Source: Eledone cirrhosa (taxonomy: Eukaryota). Taken from it: a stretch of 64,000 bases of DNA. Of the stretch, positions 61,435 through 64,000 are shown one piece after another (position 1 is the first letter of the stretch; the number at the start of each line of letters is the position of its first letter). Both the position numbers and the translations under genes were made by a program. Below the pieces are notes generated by a model. That model was given only the letters and a program-made list of their open reading frames with translations. It was not told the DNA's origin and ran no database searches. The DNA is taken from the NCBI GenBank assembly GCA_964016885.1, contig OZ024742.1:196106001-196170000 (forward strand), in the 5' to 3' direction.

Positions 61435-62178
61435 TAACCCTTTTGATACCAAACCACCTGAAACCACCCATAGTTCTATGGTACAAAGCTATTTGTTTTA
61501 AAATGTTTATATTTATCTAAAAACCCTCCAATTCAGTTTATGTAAGGAACTTTAAGTTATGTTCCAGCATAATAATGGGAAAGCTTATCATATTACTAAA
61601 TCCCTGCAAATTCATCATTAAAAACCATTGGTAGTATCTTTTATTAGTAATATGGTAATGAAAGAGTTATAATATGTAAATTTATCTAAAAACTTTCCAT
61701 AATTTTATATAAGAACCTTTGTTTACCCTTTAGCATTTAAACTAGCCGTATCCAGCCAGAATTCTCTCACTTCTTTCTGTTCAAACCGGCTGTAACTGGC
61801 CACTCATACTGATGTTAAGGTATTGTTCTCAAAATAAATATAAAAATCTCATAGATTCGCTATTATGTGAGATAATTATGAGGTAAACCCTTTACCATGA
61901 AAATATAATAGTATGTATAGAGTAATATAAATGCTAAAGGGTTAAGCTCTGTTCCAAGCATTAGTTTAATAATGAGGAAGTTATATTACTTAATTCCTCA
62001 TATTTCTTGAATATTTGAAAAATGTATGCAATGTTTTTAATTGGAAATATGGTAACAAAAGGGTAAATTATTTGTAAACATCATATACTGTACTTGTGTG
62101 ATATGATGCTATTGTTGTCTTTATCACACTCCTTGTGATAGTATATGTTGCTATTGCTGTTTATCACACTCCCTGTGA

Positions 62179-62691
<513 letters not shown>

Positions 62692-62869
62692 TGATTGGTA
62701 CACACACATGCACACTGCACCTTGTGCTAACTTGATGTCACCCATACAGCTGTGGATGGATACACAGGCAGACCTGTTGAAGGATGATGGTCACAACGTT
62801 GCTTATTTCCTCGGTGCTCCATTCTGTCTCTTTCACTCTCACTCTCTATCTCACTCAATCACTGTCACC

Positions 62870-64000
62870 CTCTCTTTATCCTTCACTCTCACTCTCACAC
62901 ACACACATTCACACTCTCTCTCTCTCTCACACACGCACACACATATCCCACACATACATATCTCTCTCACACACATCTCGTACATCCCTCTCACATACAT
63001 CTCTCTCTCACATACGTCCCTCTCTCACATACGTCTCTCTCACACATACATCTCTCTCTCACATACATCTCTCTCTCACATACATCTCTCTCTCACATAC
63101 ATCTCTCTCTCACATACATCTCTCTCTCACATACATCTCTCTCTCACATACATCTCTCTCTCACATACATATCTCTCTCACATACATCTCTCTCTCACAT
63201 ACATCTCTCTCTCACATACATCTCTCTCTCACATACATCTCTCTCTCACATACATCTCTCTCACACATACATCTCTCTCTCACATACATCTCTCTCTCAC
63301 ATACATCTCTCTCACACATACATCCCTCTCTCACATACATCTCTCTCACACATACATCTCTCTCTCACATACATCTCTCTCTCACATACATCTCTCTCTC
63401 ACATACATCTCTCTCTCACATACATCTCTCTCTCACATACATCTCTCTCTCACATACACCTCTCTCTCACATACACCTCTCTCTCACATACACCTCTCTC
63501 TCACATACACCTCTCTCTCACATACATCTCTCTCTCACATACATCTCTCTCTCACATACATCTCTCTCTCACATACATCTCTCTCTCACATACATCTCTC
63601 TCTCACATACATCTCTCTTTCACATACATATCTCTCTCACATACATCTCTCTCACATACATCTCTCTCACATACATCTCTCTCACATACATATCTCTCTC
63701 ACATACATATCTCTCTCACATACATCTCTCTTTCACATACATCTCTCTTTCACATACATCTCTCTCACATACATCTCTCTCTCACATACATCTCTCTCAC
63801 ATACATCTCTCTCACATACATCTCTCTCTCACATACATCCCTCTCTCACATACATCTCTCTCACACATACATATCTCTCTCACATACATATCTCTCTCAC
63901 ATACATATCTCTCTCACATACATCTCTCTCACATACATCTCTCTTTCACATACATCTCTCTCACATACATCTCTCTCTCACATACATCTCTCTCTCACAT
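62870..64000. repeat. 16-20-bp compound satellite (CTCTCTCTCACATACAT)n
   Basis: Direct; runs off the window end. Confidence 0.96.

Overview
Eukaryotic, AT-rich, repeat-dense genomic DNA. The microsatellite load and SINE/RTE content suggest a cephalopod (octopus-like) genome; this is inference. The only host gene I can support is a + strand GRK4/5/6-subfamily G protein-coupled receptor kinase. Ten coding exons lie between 21032 and 62619 (end of RH domain, complete kinase domain, AGC tail, amphipathic helix) and splice in frame at GT-AG sites; the 5' exons were not found. Introns hold an intact APE+RT LINE ORF fused to a rearranged Penelope-like element, RTE fragments, tRNA-derived SINEs, MITEs and minisatellites. 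Two things stand out. (1) A 310-bp tandem array (8301-10803) carries a minimal type I hammerhead ribozyme in every unit and has a 5' inversion, consistent with a non-LTR retrozyme; at least three other hammerhead-like families, including one in the Penelope 3' end, occur nearby. (2) One kinase exon (48516-48706) is flanked by tandem amplifications of its own splice acceptor (about 48 copies) and donor (about 35 copies). All motif calls were made by eye; no searches or folding were run.
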